The notes below the pieces were generated by a model. It searched no databases. It had not been told where the DNA came from and saw nothing but the letters and a program-made list of their open reading frames with translations. DNA of 42,169 bases from Enoplolaimus lenunculus (lineage: Eukaryota), in contig JASANG010003130.1 in NCBI GenBank assembly GCA_030248215.1, positions 496,001 through 538,169 of the forward strand, read 5' to 3'. Below, piece after piece: positions 1 through 11,542 of this stretch. The position numbers and the translations under genes were made by a program. The stretch's first letter is position 1. The number at the start of each line of letters is the position of its first letter.

Positions 1-119
1 GGCCTACCATTAGAAAGAATGCGAGAAATGTCAACGCTTTAGCATTCTTAATATATTGTAGACCTCAAATAGCGAAGTACAAATACAAAACATGCGCAGC
101 AAACTACAGTTTACCTCAC

Positions 120-3100
120 CTGTTAACAAAATTTCCTAGATTATTTAACAACTCTGAGTTAATTTTCAACGCAAAATCATCCCAATTGAACGATGAATCC
201 TTAAAAACAACGATAAACGCTTAACAAATATAATGAAAATTAATAATATATTTTCCAGAGACCAAATATTACCCATCAAACAAATCTGTGCGGATATGTG
301 TACCATAAACTTCAATACTGAATGGCATGCATACTGCAAAACATACAAAATGTTAATGTCTCGTGGTGCCAGACTGTAAGCTCATATGTGGTGCAGTGGC
401 TAATGTGAGGAACTGACAATCAAATCTAACAATAACTTAAACTCTTTACACTATTCAGCTCTTACGTGCTGTTCCGTGTCAAGTATAGGGGTCTGCCTGC
501 TGGGAGACAAAAGAAATAGGGGAGTTGGAGACTTGGAAGCTTATGCTTAGGCTTATGTTAAGCCTTAAGCTTAGGTATAAATTAAGTCTAGGCTTATGCC
601 TAGTATGCACTATGCATGTACTTACAGTTTACATGGGCCATGTTTTAGACATACTTGACTTTCTGGACGAATGTACAGCAAATAAAATCGCCAATAATCA
701 ACAGGTATTCCTGTCTCACGTGCATGATCACCAAACACACCAACACCACGACTTTTCGAAAACTTTTTGTCTTCATAATTCAAATACTCTAAAATAAAAC
801 TAATATATCTGCTGTTCCACATAACATCGTTAACATAAAACACCAACATCACAGTTACCTCAAATCACTTGATGCATCTACTTCTTTCAGCGACAAATGT
901 GCCAAAAATATTGCAGACTTGACTACAAAAATTATCCAACTAGCAGCAGCACAACATAAACAATGTAGTTACGATTGCGATCATGGATTATAAATTCAGT
1001 TAAAACAAACCGGTAGCAGATATGGCTTTTACAATCGTATATGAATCGTGTGCTCCAATACACGACGCCGGAAATATAACGCTATGAAACGGCACGTTGT
1101 CTTTGCCGACGAAGTGATACAATTCTACCTAAACAAAACAAACAAGCATGCATCCATAAAAAGAGTGGAACACCAGCCTGTCTCTAGTAAACGGATTCAC
1201 GTAAAGCGTAGTACCGGTGACCAGTTCCAAAACTGTCAGAATAAAATATGGAAAGGGTTTGAATTGTCTTCTATCATTAGTACGCCAACCGCCGGTCCGG
1301 GGAAAATGGCGTCATACGGCTTGTTGTTGCGTTGTTGTCTATCATTAATTAAGCATGCTTACATTTTCCGGATTATGCCACCATTGTCTCCATTCAGTTG
1401 TATAGTTGGCAGTAATTGAAATATAACCTATAGGAGCGTCGAACCAGACGTAAAATACCTAAATAAAACAACTTATAATGACAATACAATACTGTTTGAA
1501 ATTAAATATTCATACGACGCAGCAAATCGTTTTCCATAAAGTCCAACTTTTGCTTCCCAAAATTTCACCAAGACATATCCAAAACAGAGCTACAAAGCAC
1601 TATCTGTTTACAAAATACGAAATTTCTTCATTATAATTTATTTATGACTTATTCAATTTAAACTTGGCTGAGATCTCTTCTGCCATTGTTCAGTGAAACT
1701 GCATCGAGTACCGTCCGTTCATCAAGTAAGCCAAGTGCAAACAATAGTTTGAAAGGGATGACAGATACTAAGTACGATGAAAACCCAACTTTATTTCAGC
1801 TTCTGAAGATTTCTTTTTTGACCTCGGCGCAAAATTATCCGAACAGTACAGGGGGCTCCGGTACCGAGTCAAACGTATAACACCTATATATAGTTCGTAA
1901 AATACCAATACTCGCATACTTTAAAACAAACATTCACAACCGGTCACAACAGACAATAAAATCCGATTGTAGCGTCCAAACAAAAATTCAAAGTCCACAA
2001 CTACAACCAACAGAGCAATATATTATACCTTATCAGTGAAACCTTGTAATGGAACCGGTGTACCCCATTTGAGATCGCGGGTAATACATCGTGCTCTGAG
2101 ACCATCTTTCAGCCATGCCCTTGTTATATTAACAGCGTTAGAAGTCCATTTGCATTCAGGGCTAGTCCATAATTTTTCCAAATGTGCCGACAGTTCTGGT
2201 TCAATCTGTAACATTACAAACATACAGATCATATTATATATTAATTGCCAGCGTGCCACTATTCCTCTGGAAATTTCCGTAACTCACATGAACATTTATT
2301 TTACGTTTAGTACATTCAGTAACTGAGCTATCAATAATTAACAATAAACCAAATGGGACTGAAAATTTAAAGCATTCAGTTAGCAATCACTTGGTCTTTT
2401 GTTGTCCATTAGAGACACCACAGGCCTGCTTAACAGCTCCAGTGGAACAAGGAACCAATCGATAATATTTTTAAAATCAATTTGTTTTATCAATTAGCAA
2501 ACAAAACTTTCAACTAAAAGTCTCACCTTTGGCAGGTCTAAAAACAGATGCGTTGACGATTTAACTGTCGGTTGAGATTGACACAGCTTGCACCGCGCAC
2601 TTTTCAGGTCCGTCGCGTTTGCAATTAAACGTCCGCATTTGTCACACTGATCGCCACGCGCGTCAGTATAAGCGCACCAAGGACAAGTGCCTTCCACGAA
2701 ACGATCCGCGAGAAACCTATAAGCCCGAAACAGTAGTGTGCTCTATCTCTACAAGAGCTATTCTTCAATATTGTTACGGAGAGAAATCACTATTTTTAAT
2801 TACACCACGAATCATTTGAGACCAAGTTTCAAAGCGAAAATATAATTTCTTCTCTATCAGCTGTAATAAAGCGGCACCACGCTGGAGAGTTAAGCTAGTT
2901 AAATTGTTTCAGTTTTGAATAAAATTAGTTATATACAATAAAAAATAATAGAAATCGCAGTACGTCGTACATATTTAATTCTTCCTTACCTACTTATTGA
3001 AATTAACAAATTATTGAAATAATTTCTTAAGTTCACCTGTCGCATTTTGCACAATGTAACTGGTCCACTACTTGAGTTTGGAGCAAATTGTTCAGGTGCA

Positions 3101-5519
3101 ACCTTCGAAATATGTCTTGTGCAATTCTAAAGAATATACATACATAGGTATATAGACACATAAAACTAAGACACACCTTCTAAACGAGCATATTTCCACA
3201 ATGAAAATAAAACATTTTATGTGGCAGCAGTTCGAAAATCAAAACCCTTTTGATTACAGTACGTATTGCAAATGCAATACAGCGCTACTGGTATGCAGCT
3301 TAAAATATTCGACTTTTCGAACAAATTCTAAACCTCTCACCACGCATCGTTTATAAATTTATCACTATGTATATGTGTATATAACCTACTCCGTTTGATA
3401 ATTGGTCGTTGTCCTCCCAAATTTATCAAAATCAATATTAAACCATTTATACACAGCATCGTGAAGCTGAAAGTATTTGTCACAGATTTGTTGTGGAGTT
3501 ACACCATCCGCAAGTGCTTTGGTTTCGGTCGCAGTACCATATTCGTCTGTGCCACAAACAAATAGCGTATTATTGCCGCGAAGCTTGTTGAACCTAAGAT
3601 TCATCAAAACATACGTGCAGCTGACATTGCAGGGCTACCACCATACCATATAAAATGAAATATGAAAAACAAAACAAGCAAGCAGCTGAAAAATCGACAT
3701 TCTTTCGTAGGAAGGGTAAATCATTGAACAGGATTTTTGCTACAATTCTGATTTATAATGTGCTGTTCTCGACCTAGGAATTCCAATAATATGTAATTTA
3801 GCCATATATTCCGAGAAAAATTCTATTTTATACCCAAGGTCCACTTTATGAAACATGCTGAAATAAAGTGCAACGCCAAGGTGCTTAGCCGGAGGTGTGG
3901 GGACCTTTTTCCATAATTACATAATATCTAGTGGATCCAAATATTAAAAACCATTCTTGTGTTAAAATATATAAAATTTTTGAGAAACAACTTATTTATT
4001 ATTGGTTATATCAGTTCAAAACCGCCAATCTAAAATTGTCTAGCCTCCGGGGGTTCAACAGAAAATTTATTTAACCTTTTCACCGTTTTCGCAGAAAACA
4101 TGCTGCTTGATTTTATCCCCTCGCCGAAGAAAGTCCAAAAATCACACCTGTTAAAAACGTCAGCACTAAGTACACAACCAATAATTGTACCCAAGTGAGG
4201 CAGATTATTCACGTAAGGTAACGCTGCGGCGATAAGCAAGTTTCGACTGCCGGAAACAGGTAACCTAAAATAAAGTTTGCAAACAAAACTCTTGCGGATA
4301 TCAATATGTACGTATATGAAAATATAATACCACAGCCGCAGATGAATTATTCGTTGTAACCTGTTGTACGGATGCAAGGTGTCTACAGTGTTATAATGGC
4401 GTCGAAAATATCAATTGTACAGATGTCAATGCAGCCACCGCTTCGAAACCATAACAGAATTTAGGATGATAATAACTGGGATGACATTTTTGAGAGTGTA
4501 AGCATGTGAGACATGCTTGTCCTGGTGCATATGCAATAAATGCAATGCACATTGTGCTGTACGGTCGACATATATAGTCGATGAAAAACGCAGTTGGAGA
4601 GGCGGGCTGCGTGGCGCAGTGGTAATAGCGTCTGCCTTACACGCCCGCGCTATGAACACGGTAGCCAGTCGAAAATAGGATGGACGGTCAAGGGACGACC
4701 TTGTTGAAAATAAGGGCATGTAAGCATGTGAGACATGCTTGTCCTGGTGCATATGCAATAAATGCAATGCACATTGTGTTGTACGGTCGACATATATAGT
4801 CGATGAAAAACGCAGTTGGAGAGGCGGGCTACGTGGCGCAGTGGTAGAGTGCTCGCTTAAGGATCCATAGGCTGAGAGTTCGATCCCCGCTCTAGCCCGC
4901 TTTTCCACCTGCTTAGTTGAAAGATCTAAAGTCCCGGTTCCTACCTTGACTGACAGAGAGAATGTGAGAGTCATGGATTGACGAGCTTTTCCACCATAAG
5001 TCTAAGGTAACCGAGGATAGGCGGTGCTCAAACTTTTCTACTGATATCAATCAAAAACCAATGCGGGCTTTATTTTGCAAACATGCCAATGCAGATATAT
5101 ACTAACTTTTTACACGATCCTTGAAGAACAGATTTTATCAACATGACATCATTTAGAAATGCGGAAACTAAAACCCTAATAACCATATAAGATGAGAACG
5201 GTTAATTCCTCACCAAAGGTGCCGTGTATTACCGGTGTCGATACTGATTAATTAGCATATCCCATCAATAAACAGTGCGGTTCCGTACGACCATCCATAC
5301 GCACGATATGTATAATCATTTTCACACGCAAATAATTGTCGACTGCAATATTTAGACTCAACCTATTTATCCTTAAGGTTACACATGACAGTTCTCGAAA
5401 CTGACAGTTCATCACTTGCGTACAGCTTTTACTTAAACCTACTTTGGGTGTGACATTTCCTCGACAGGCTGCAATTCTCCATTCACAAACAAGCTGTCCG
5501 AATCCAGTGTTGAATCCAT
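120..5519 (-). CDS. MARS1: Cytosolic methionyl-tRNA synthetase (class I aaRS), multi-exon, 3' end beyond left edge
   Basis: Hand-spliced exons, all GT-AG and phase-consistent: 5519-5443 (MDSTLDSD...SHP), 4264-4148 ([38 protein letters not shown]), 3593-3390 ([14 protein letters not shown]...[10 protein letters not shown]), 3126-3037, 2716-2527 ([24 protein letters not shown], Zn knuckles), 2205-2029 ([14 protein letters not shown]), 1458-1363 ([16 protein letters not shown]), 1128-1011 (GKDNVPFH), 788-655 ([17 protein letters not shown]-type motif), 199-120 ([13 protein letters not shown]). Exon 1 is the least certain; it is supported by the ATG, a GTAGGT donor and the phase match. Confidence 0.97.
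538..603 (+). repeat. Degenerate TTAGGC telomere-like tract in a MetRS intron
   Basis: agcttatgcttaggcttatgttaagccttaagcttaggtat...tctaggcttatgcctag shows 6-bp periodicity around TTAGGC. Confidence 0.6.
4497..4846 (+). repeat. Direct duplication of ~128 bp (period 222 bp) ending in a tRNA A-box
   Basis: 4497-4624 and 4719-4846 are near identical (tgtaagcatgtgagacatgcttgtcc...gtggcgcagtggta). Confidence 0.9.
4823..5058 (+). mobile_element. tRNA-derived SINE in MetRS intron 1 (antisense to the gene)
   Basis: A box TGGCGCAGTGG, B box GAGTTCGATCCC and an acceptor-like stem GCGGGCTA/TAGCCCGC (4824-4900), followed by a non-tRNA body and an (ATCA)-like A-rich tail. The 3' boundary is approximate. 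Confidence 0.65.
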
Positions 5520-5771
5520 TTAGTACAAATCTACGTTCACTTTAAATAAATATGCTTCTAACAATAAGATATTTAGATATAGGAAAGGAAACCTCCAAAT
5601 TGTTTTTCGTGAGAGATATATGAACAGGCAGGTGTTTTGGTTACGAAAAATAAAATATTGCAAATACCCCTCCACTAGCTAAATATTTATCGTCCCAATG
5701 GCAGTGGCAAAACACCAGTCCAGTTATGTTACGTCACAAGATACATGTACACGCGTGCACCTTATAACATC

Positions 5772-5843
5772 GGCCGCGTGGTGTATGGGTGGCGCGCTTG
5801 AGTCAAGAATGAGAGGTCTGGTGTTCGATTCCCGGCGTGGCCA
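5772..5843 (+). pseudogene. tRNA-like sequence (tRNA pseudogene or SINE head)
   Basis: 72 nt with a 7-bp acceptor stem GGCCGCG/CGTGGCC+A, D arm GTGT/GCGC and GTTCGATTC T loop. The anticodon stem and T stem are imperfect. Confidence 0.6.
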
Positions 5844-7108
5844 TATGATTAGGAGAAATCAAGGGAAGCGTTTTGTATTTATATTCGCACTAGTTCAAGG
5901 AAAAAAGGTCATCTCGACCGTCGAGTTCTGGCAAGCCTCGTTTGATTCCATAAAACGGATTGGATTCTCGGATTTCTGCAAATGCTATAAGCACTGCATT
6001 CAATGCAAGCTTCTTTTATCATCACTTTTGACAATATATTGAGTATTGTTTGTTCACAGGAAAACTTTATAGAAGACACTATTTTGCCCTAAACAAATTG
6101 TGTTGGTTGAAAGTCAGGGTCCCTTGCCGCTGCCCTTTAGCGTATTAATTGCTCACACCAAAGAAAAATGAACACCGTGTAAATGTGCGTGCAATCAGTT
6201 TTTACATTGCAATTTGCGAATATGTGACTGATAGACACTCTTAAAATCACTGTGTATTTGCCTGTATTTTTATTGCGAGCTGTAGGCTATGCAGCTATTA
6301 AAATGTATACACCGTTGAACTCTTCTAGTCGAGTTCTATTGGATGCACTTCTTTCCATTTAACTCAAAGAGATTCTAGATAAATCTCTTAAGTCGACACT
6401 CTTTGTTTCTTTTTTCTCCTATCATTTGCCTGTTTTAAAAGGTAACATTTTAATTTTTAATATACGAAAAAATATTCAAATAATCGTTCTGCAATCATGC
6501 TTAACCGGTGCATTTATTTTTCCCGTCGATAGCGAAATAAAATACAGAAGTTGTGGCGCAAGTAAGGGCTAGAATTTCAATAAAACGTCAAACTTTAATG
6601 ACCCATACATTTTGAACCAGGTGCCCTACAGTTGTAGGAAAGAAACCATTAAACCGAACGCATCGAGATCTATAAAACAAACAATTTTTCATTAAATTTC
6701 TAGGGGGTTGAAATTTTGTACCTTCATTCGAAACATTATTAGATCTTCCGGCACCATCTACGCGGTACTTGGTGATCAGAACGTATTGAAATAGACTCTA
6801 CTCAATGTTCTGTAGTGACCCGTTGAGACTGATATTTATTTTGCCTCTCCTGGAAAACCCCAACCTATTCGGTTGCGTACTGTTATTTATATTTAACCCA
6901 CGCTCCACCACCTTTCGTTTACTGATATATAAGGTATATATACTGCAATTATCCGTTAAATTAAACGTTTGTCTTGTGTCAGAAACTTGATTTACAATGC
7001 ATGGTTATGTATACTTAGGAATGTACTGTCATAACCTAAGTATGCTCTAAAGTTTCGAAATCAACTATATTTGGTCCTGGAGTCATTTAATCAACAGAAA
7101 TCTTCATT

Positions 7109-8266
7109 AAAGACCAGTCGTAGTGGGACTACATTTATTGAGCGAAGCTCGAACACACGTAAGCAATTAAGGTAATATGCAAATTAGTTATTAACTAACT
7201 ATTAATTTATCGGCTTTGGAGGTTTGTAAGCAATTTCGTCAGATTCCTCGCACGCAAAAACCTTTCAGCCACTCTATAATAATTATTGGAATAATTCAAA
7301 AAGTCTGAATTTTGTCTCGTCAATTAAGCAAATATGCTAATTATCTATTAACTAACTATTCGACAATCGCCTTTAAAGGTTTGTAGACAATTTATTCAGA
7401 TTCCTCGCACCCTAAAACCCTTTAGTGCTGAAATTATATTGCTTTTAATCTTAATAATTATTGAAATAATTTAAAAAGTCCTCATTTTGTTTGGTCAATT
7501 AAGCTAATATGCAAATTAGCTATTAACTAAATATTCAATTATCGGTTTTGGAGGTTTGTAAACAATTTATTCAAACTCCTCGCACCTGAAAACTCTTTAG
7601 TGCTGAAATTATATTGCTTTTAACCTTAATAATTAGTGAAATATTTTAAAAAGTTCTAATTTAGGCTTATAAACTATGCTAATATGCAAATTGTCTATTA
7701 GCTAACTACTAAATTATTGGTTTTAGACGTTTGTAAACAACTTATTTAGATTCCTCGCACCTAAAACCCTTTAGTGCTGAATTTATATTGCTTTTAACCT
7801 TAATAATTAGTGAAATATTGTAAAAAGTCCAAATTTAGGCTTATAAACTATGCTAATATGCAAATTATCTATTAGCTAACTGCGCAATTATCCGTTTTGG
7901 AGATTTGTAAACAGTCTACGCAGATTCGTCGCACCCAAAAACTCTTTAATGCTAAAATTAGATGGCTTCTAACTGTAATAATTAGTGAAATATTGTGGAA
8001 AGTCCTCATTTAGGCTTAATTAATTATGCAAATTAGCTCGTAGCTAATAAACGGCTTAAAATTTTCAAACCCCAATGCGAGGTTAACATCCCAGGATAAT
8101 TGGCTTTCAAACAAAAAAAGCTTATCAAAATCTGTTCGGCCGTTCCTGAGATTCTTTTCGGACGGACAGACGGACAGACAGACAGACGGACGGACGGACA
8201 TCCACCTTTCGACCCCCAAGTACAAAACATAAAACGCTTCGCGAAACTCCGAGCTTCGCTCAACAA
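7109..8266 (-). mobile_element. DINE-1/HINE-like non-autonomous Helentron element with central tandem repeats
   Basis: Subterminal inverted repeats TTnTTGAGCGAAGCTCG (7135-7151 / 8250-8266). A short hairpin overlaps the 5' IR, a GTCY microsatellite lies at 8160-8199, about five ~160-175-bp tandem units span 7170-8040, and a stem-loop GTAGT-ggg-ACTAC (7120-7132) lies outside the 3' IR. This matches the established DINE-1/HINE layout. Confidence 0.75.
7170..8040. repeat. Tandem array, ~175-bp unit, ~5 copies
   Basis: The anchor taatatgcaaatt...attcctcgcac...ctttagtgctgaa recurs near 7173, 7331, 7505, 7680, 7855 and 8023. Confidence 0.9.
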
Positions 8267-9766
8267 GTTATAGGGCTACAAACCTTGCTTAAAGTGTCTA
8301 TACTAAGCCAAAATCGAACTTGTCATGTTTTCCATCTATTGACTACTAATTTACACTTAAGTAAAAGCCCAGCAGTTAGCTACTTTTCTGTAAAAGACAT
8401 CTGTTTCCGCTAAATTTGTGTCTATTTAAACGTTCAAATTTTGAAAAAAGAGGAACCGTCATCGTATTTTTTAAACATCATCTATTACAAACACTTACAA
8501 ATTGTTTAATAAAAGGCATGCCGATAAACTGTAACGGGTCGTTAGAACTAAAGCAAATGCTGATTTTTATGCTCATAATGTTAATAACATGCCATTTATT
8601 TGGCACACGTATTATCAAAAGTGTGATTCACAATTAGACGTTTAGTTTTAAAAATGTACTCTGTCTCATTTTAGTAGCCCTACAATATGAAATTGTTGCT
8701 AGAAGGACAAGGGGATAGGTGAGTTAAGATGTTTCAATCTATAAATCGGTTATGCTATCAAAAAATTTCTCACATAAACGGACGAAGATTTCGATGGGGC
8801 AGCGACCCTCTTCGTTTCCACTTGTTGTTTCGGCCCTTCGACAGTTTAGTCGGCAGTTGTGTGTATGAAATAGTTTTTAAAAACGTTTTTACTGTGTTGA
8901 AAATTGTATTATATTTGTGCGTTGTTCAAAACTGACTCAGTTTAAATAAAAAATTTTGACAAACGTAAACATTTTGTTGTTTTTTATCGTGGACGTCCGT
9001 CACTATTTTGTTCGTTGTAATATTTCAGAGACTTCAAGTTTTCTTGCATATGCGTCGGAAATTTTGGGATTCATTGAATGAATACTTTAAAATTCAATAT
9101 TATACCCGTAAACTCAATTTTCACTCTTTATCTTTCAAGTTTCTTACATATACGAATCAAAATGATTTCTAAGTTGTTTTCGTTGACCAAGAAATTTGCT
9201 TTTCATGTCCCGTAAATTTTTGTCCGGCTCCACTTTGCGAGGACCGAAGTTCGTTACCCCCCCCACTGCGACCGAACTTTTTTTGTTCAAAATTTTAAAA
9301 CTATGTAGCCGGTCCGTAGCAAGATTGCCACTGCGGCAACATTAGTAAGCCCCAACGTTTTTCCAGCTTAATAAAATGGCGTAAATCGTTCTTCATACAA
9401 CAAACGTTAAACCTCATTTGTGATCAACTCGAGCAATTTCGTCGGAACGTGGTCGTCGGAACGTATTCAGTGGGTCAGGTATCGTTTCGATAGGGTATAA
9501 CGTCATGTTAACGCTGTTGGCAGGCGCGACATTTTAGAGCCTGTAGAAAAGTGAATTTTTTCTCGTTTCTTACAACTTTGCGGTATGGTTTATCAGGTCG
9601 AGGAAAAGACTCTCGAACAGCCTCGAGGACCTCCGTATACCGAGGGCCCAAACGTAAACGACCAAGATCCCTATTTCCGATGTGATCCGATCAACTTCTT
9701 GTGGTTCACCAAGGCCTTGTCTATCATATGAAATACATAATTCAGTGTTCAGTGCCGTGGCTACCA

Positions 9767-9972
9767 CACTGCAAAAATTTCTCAATCAAATTGACTCTCC
9801 GAAATAGACTTTCCGGAACTACACAAACTGAGTCACATTCGACTCTGCCAGAGTCAAATTCGACTCACTGAACCGCACATTTGACTCCGGCGGAGTCGAA
9901 TTTGACTCAGTTTGTGCGGTCCCGAAAAGCCTATTTTGGAGGTGTTAATTTGCCTTGCTATTTTTTACAGTG
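9767..9972. mobile_element. Palindromic MITE with CACTG termini (CMC/EnSpm-like), copy 1
   Basis: CACTGCAAAAA...TTTTTACAGTG with a 2-bp TSD CA and internal GAGTCAAATT/AATTTGACTC inverted motifs. Related copy at 18619. Confidence 0.75.
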
Positions 9973-10868
9973 CATGTTCGTTCTTAGGGCTACCGGGGTC
10001 TTTGGTATAAGAGGAAAAAGCATCCGCTATGGAATTCTTCTGCTTATCACTCGTTTCCTCACTAGGTTTCTACCTACTGTTTAAAATATTATGCCCCGCA
10101 TAGGCGTCCCTAATTTTGTCAACTGCTGTGCCCCTGATTGATCCTTGACAAGAAGTCCCATCTAACAACTTTAATAAAGGTCTCAGATACTCTCGAGGCA
10201 GCACTGCCAATTAGTTTATTCGAAAAATATCTGAACACTGCTTGACACAGAGTGACATTCCCCCCTTATTGGCAGTTCTATACCGTTTTATGGGTTTGCA
10301 CAAGAGGGTTCGCTAGCTGGCGAAAGCTAACCCCTCACCCCTAGAAAATTTTTCGGGCCTTATCTAAAATATGGAACCACTGAAAGTTATTTATAATCCT
10401 GAAACATGTTGGGCCGCCTACGGACTTGTGGTTTGAGGACACAGAGCAGTAATTTGAGTCTATGGAAATTAGAACAGATGTTCTTTGCGTATCAGATCCT
10501 ATTGGGTCGTAACCCTGGCGCATACTTATGTATTTTGTGTATGTATATATATTATATATATATTATATATTTATATATGATAGAGATGTCCCAGTTCAGT
10601 ATTGTATCCGGGACTGAGGTAAGCAAAATACACTAAACCTAAAATTTTATGTACCTTTTGCGTAATCATGTACCTGGGAGTACGGTACAGTTTTTATCAT
10701 ATCGCGTCGCGCGACATTTTGTTGATACTCACATGTTGTGAAGTTATTGTCAATGCGTTAGTTATTTCCCATATCGCGTCACGCGACATTTTGCCTATGA
10801 CACTGTAGTATGCTTGCCCTGCTGCGGTTGGGTTCTAGCTAAAGTGCGCCACTTGACATCGATTTTCT

Positions 10869-11028
10869 GGCCAATGTTACTTTAAGGGGCGTAACAGTAT
10901 ATTAAGCGTATTCCTAAGCCTAAGCCTAAGCCTAAGCCTAAGCTTAAACAAAAAATGGAATCTAGCATCTAAACCTACTCTTTTATGGACCCACCAGAAA
11001 CCTGGACGCCCTTAAAGTAACATGGGCC
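10869..11028. mobile_element. Merlin-like MITE carrying (CCTAAG)5 telomeric repeats, copy 1
   Basis: TIRs GGCCAATGTTACTTTAAGGGGCGT / ACGCCCTTAAAGTAACATGGGCC, 8-bp TSD gattttct/gattttat, and perfect telomeric hexamers at 10913-10942. Confidence 0.75.
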
Positions 11029-11542
11029 GATTTTATGGTACCGCCCATGGTACTGTATAGCCCTGGCCCCGGCACCCGCTCCCATGAACAAGCATACAGT
11101 GCACCGCATTTATACAGGAACTAAAACTGCAAACCATTTATATGTGCATGCAAGTTTGTCTTTCGATTTATGCAATAATGTCCGTTTTTTTTAGTTTTTT
11201 GAAAAATTTAAATCTGTTAAAATTTGAAAAATAGGCGTACTTGAAGTGAATCACACACATGTTGTGAGGCGTTTGTTTCAATTTTTTTCTCGCAAGCGAT
11301 TGGATGCTGTCATTATTGTTTATGGTTTGCATAAGTTCTTCTGAGAAAGCGAAGTTTAAAATTAAATTTCAAATTTTAATGCAACCCTCATGGTCTGAAA
11401 GCCATCAGTAAGTAAAGCCGGATATAACATTGATACCCGGGACATCCGTTAAAGAACTTTACTATTCAGCTCCGATTGCAGCGTTTTGTAACTTAACGTC
11501 CGGTCGCACTCCTGCTTAACGATACCTTAGAATAGGAAAGAT

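Noticed and set aside
1869..1883. TGA at a position resembling MetRS Trp (VxYVW) as evidence of stop-codon reassignment
   Set aside because: The true exon at 1458-1363 uses TGG, and all other exons translate with the standard code.
4426..4974. 182-aa minus-strand ORF with an internal repeat
   Set aside because: It runs through the SINE and the 222-bp-period duplication in MetRS intron 1, with no protein-like features and no fit to the exon chain.
4600..5843. tRNA mimics autoregulating the MetRS transcript
   Set aside because: All three tRNA-like segments are on the strand opposite to MetRS, and none has a CAT anticodon.
7170..8040. Regularly spaced repeats as a CRISPR array
   Set aside because: Whole units are homologous with no unique spacers, the context is eukaryotic, and no cas genes are present.
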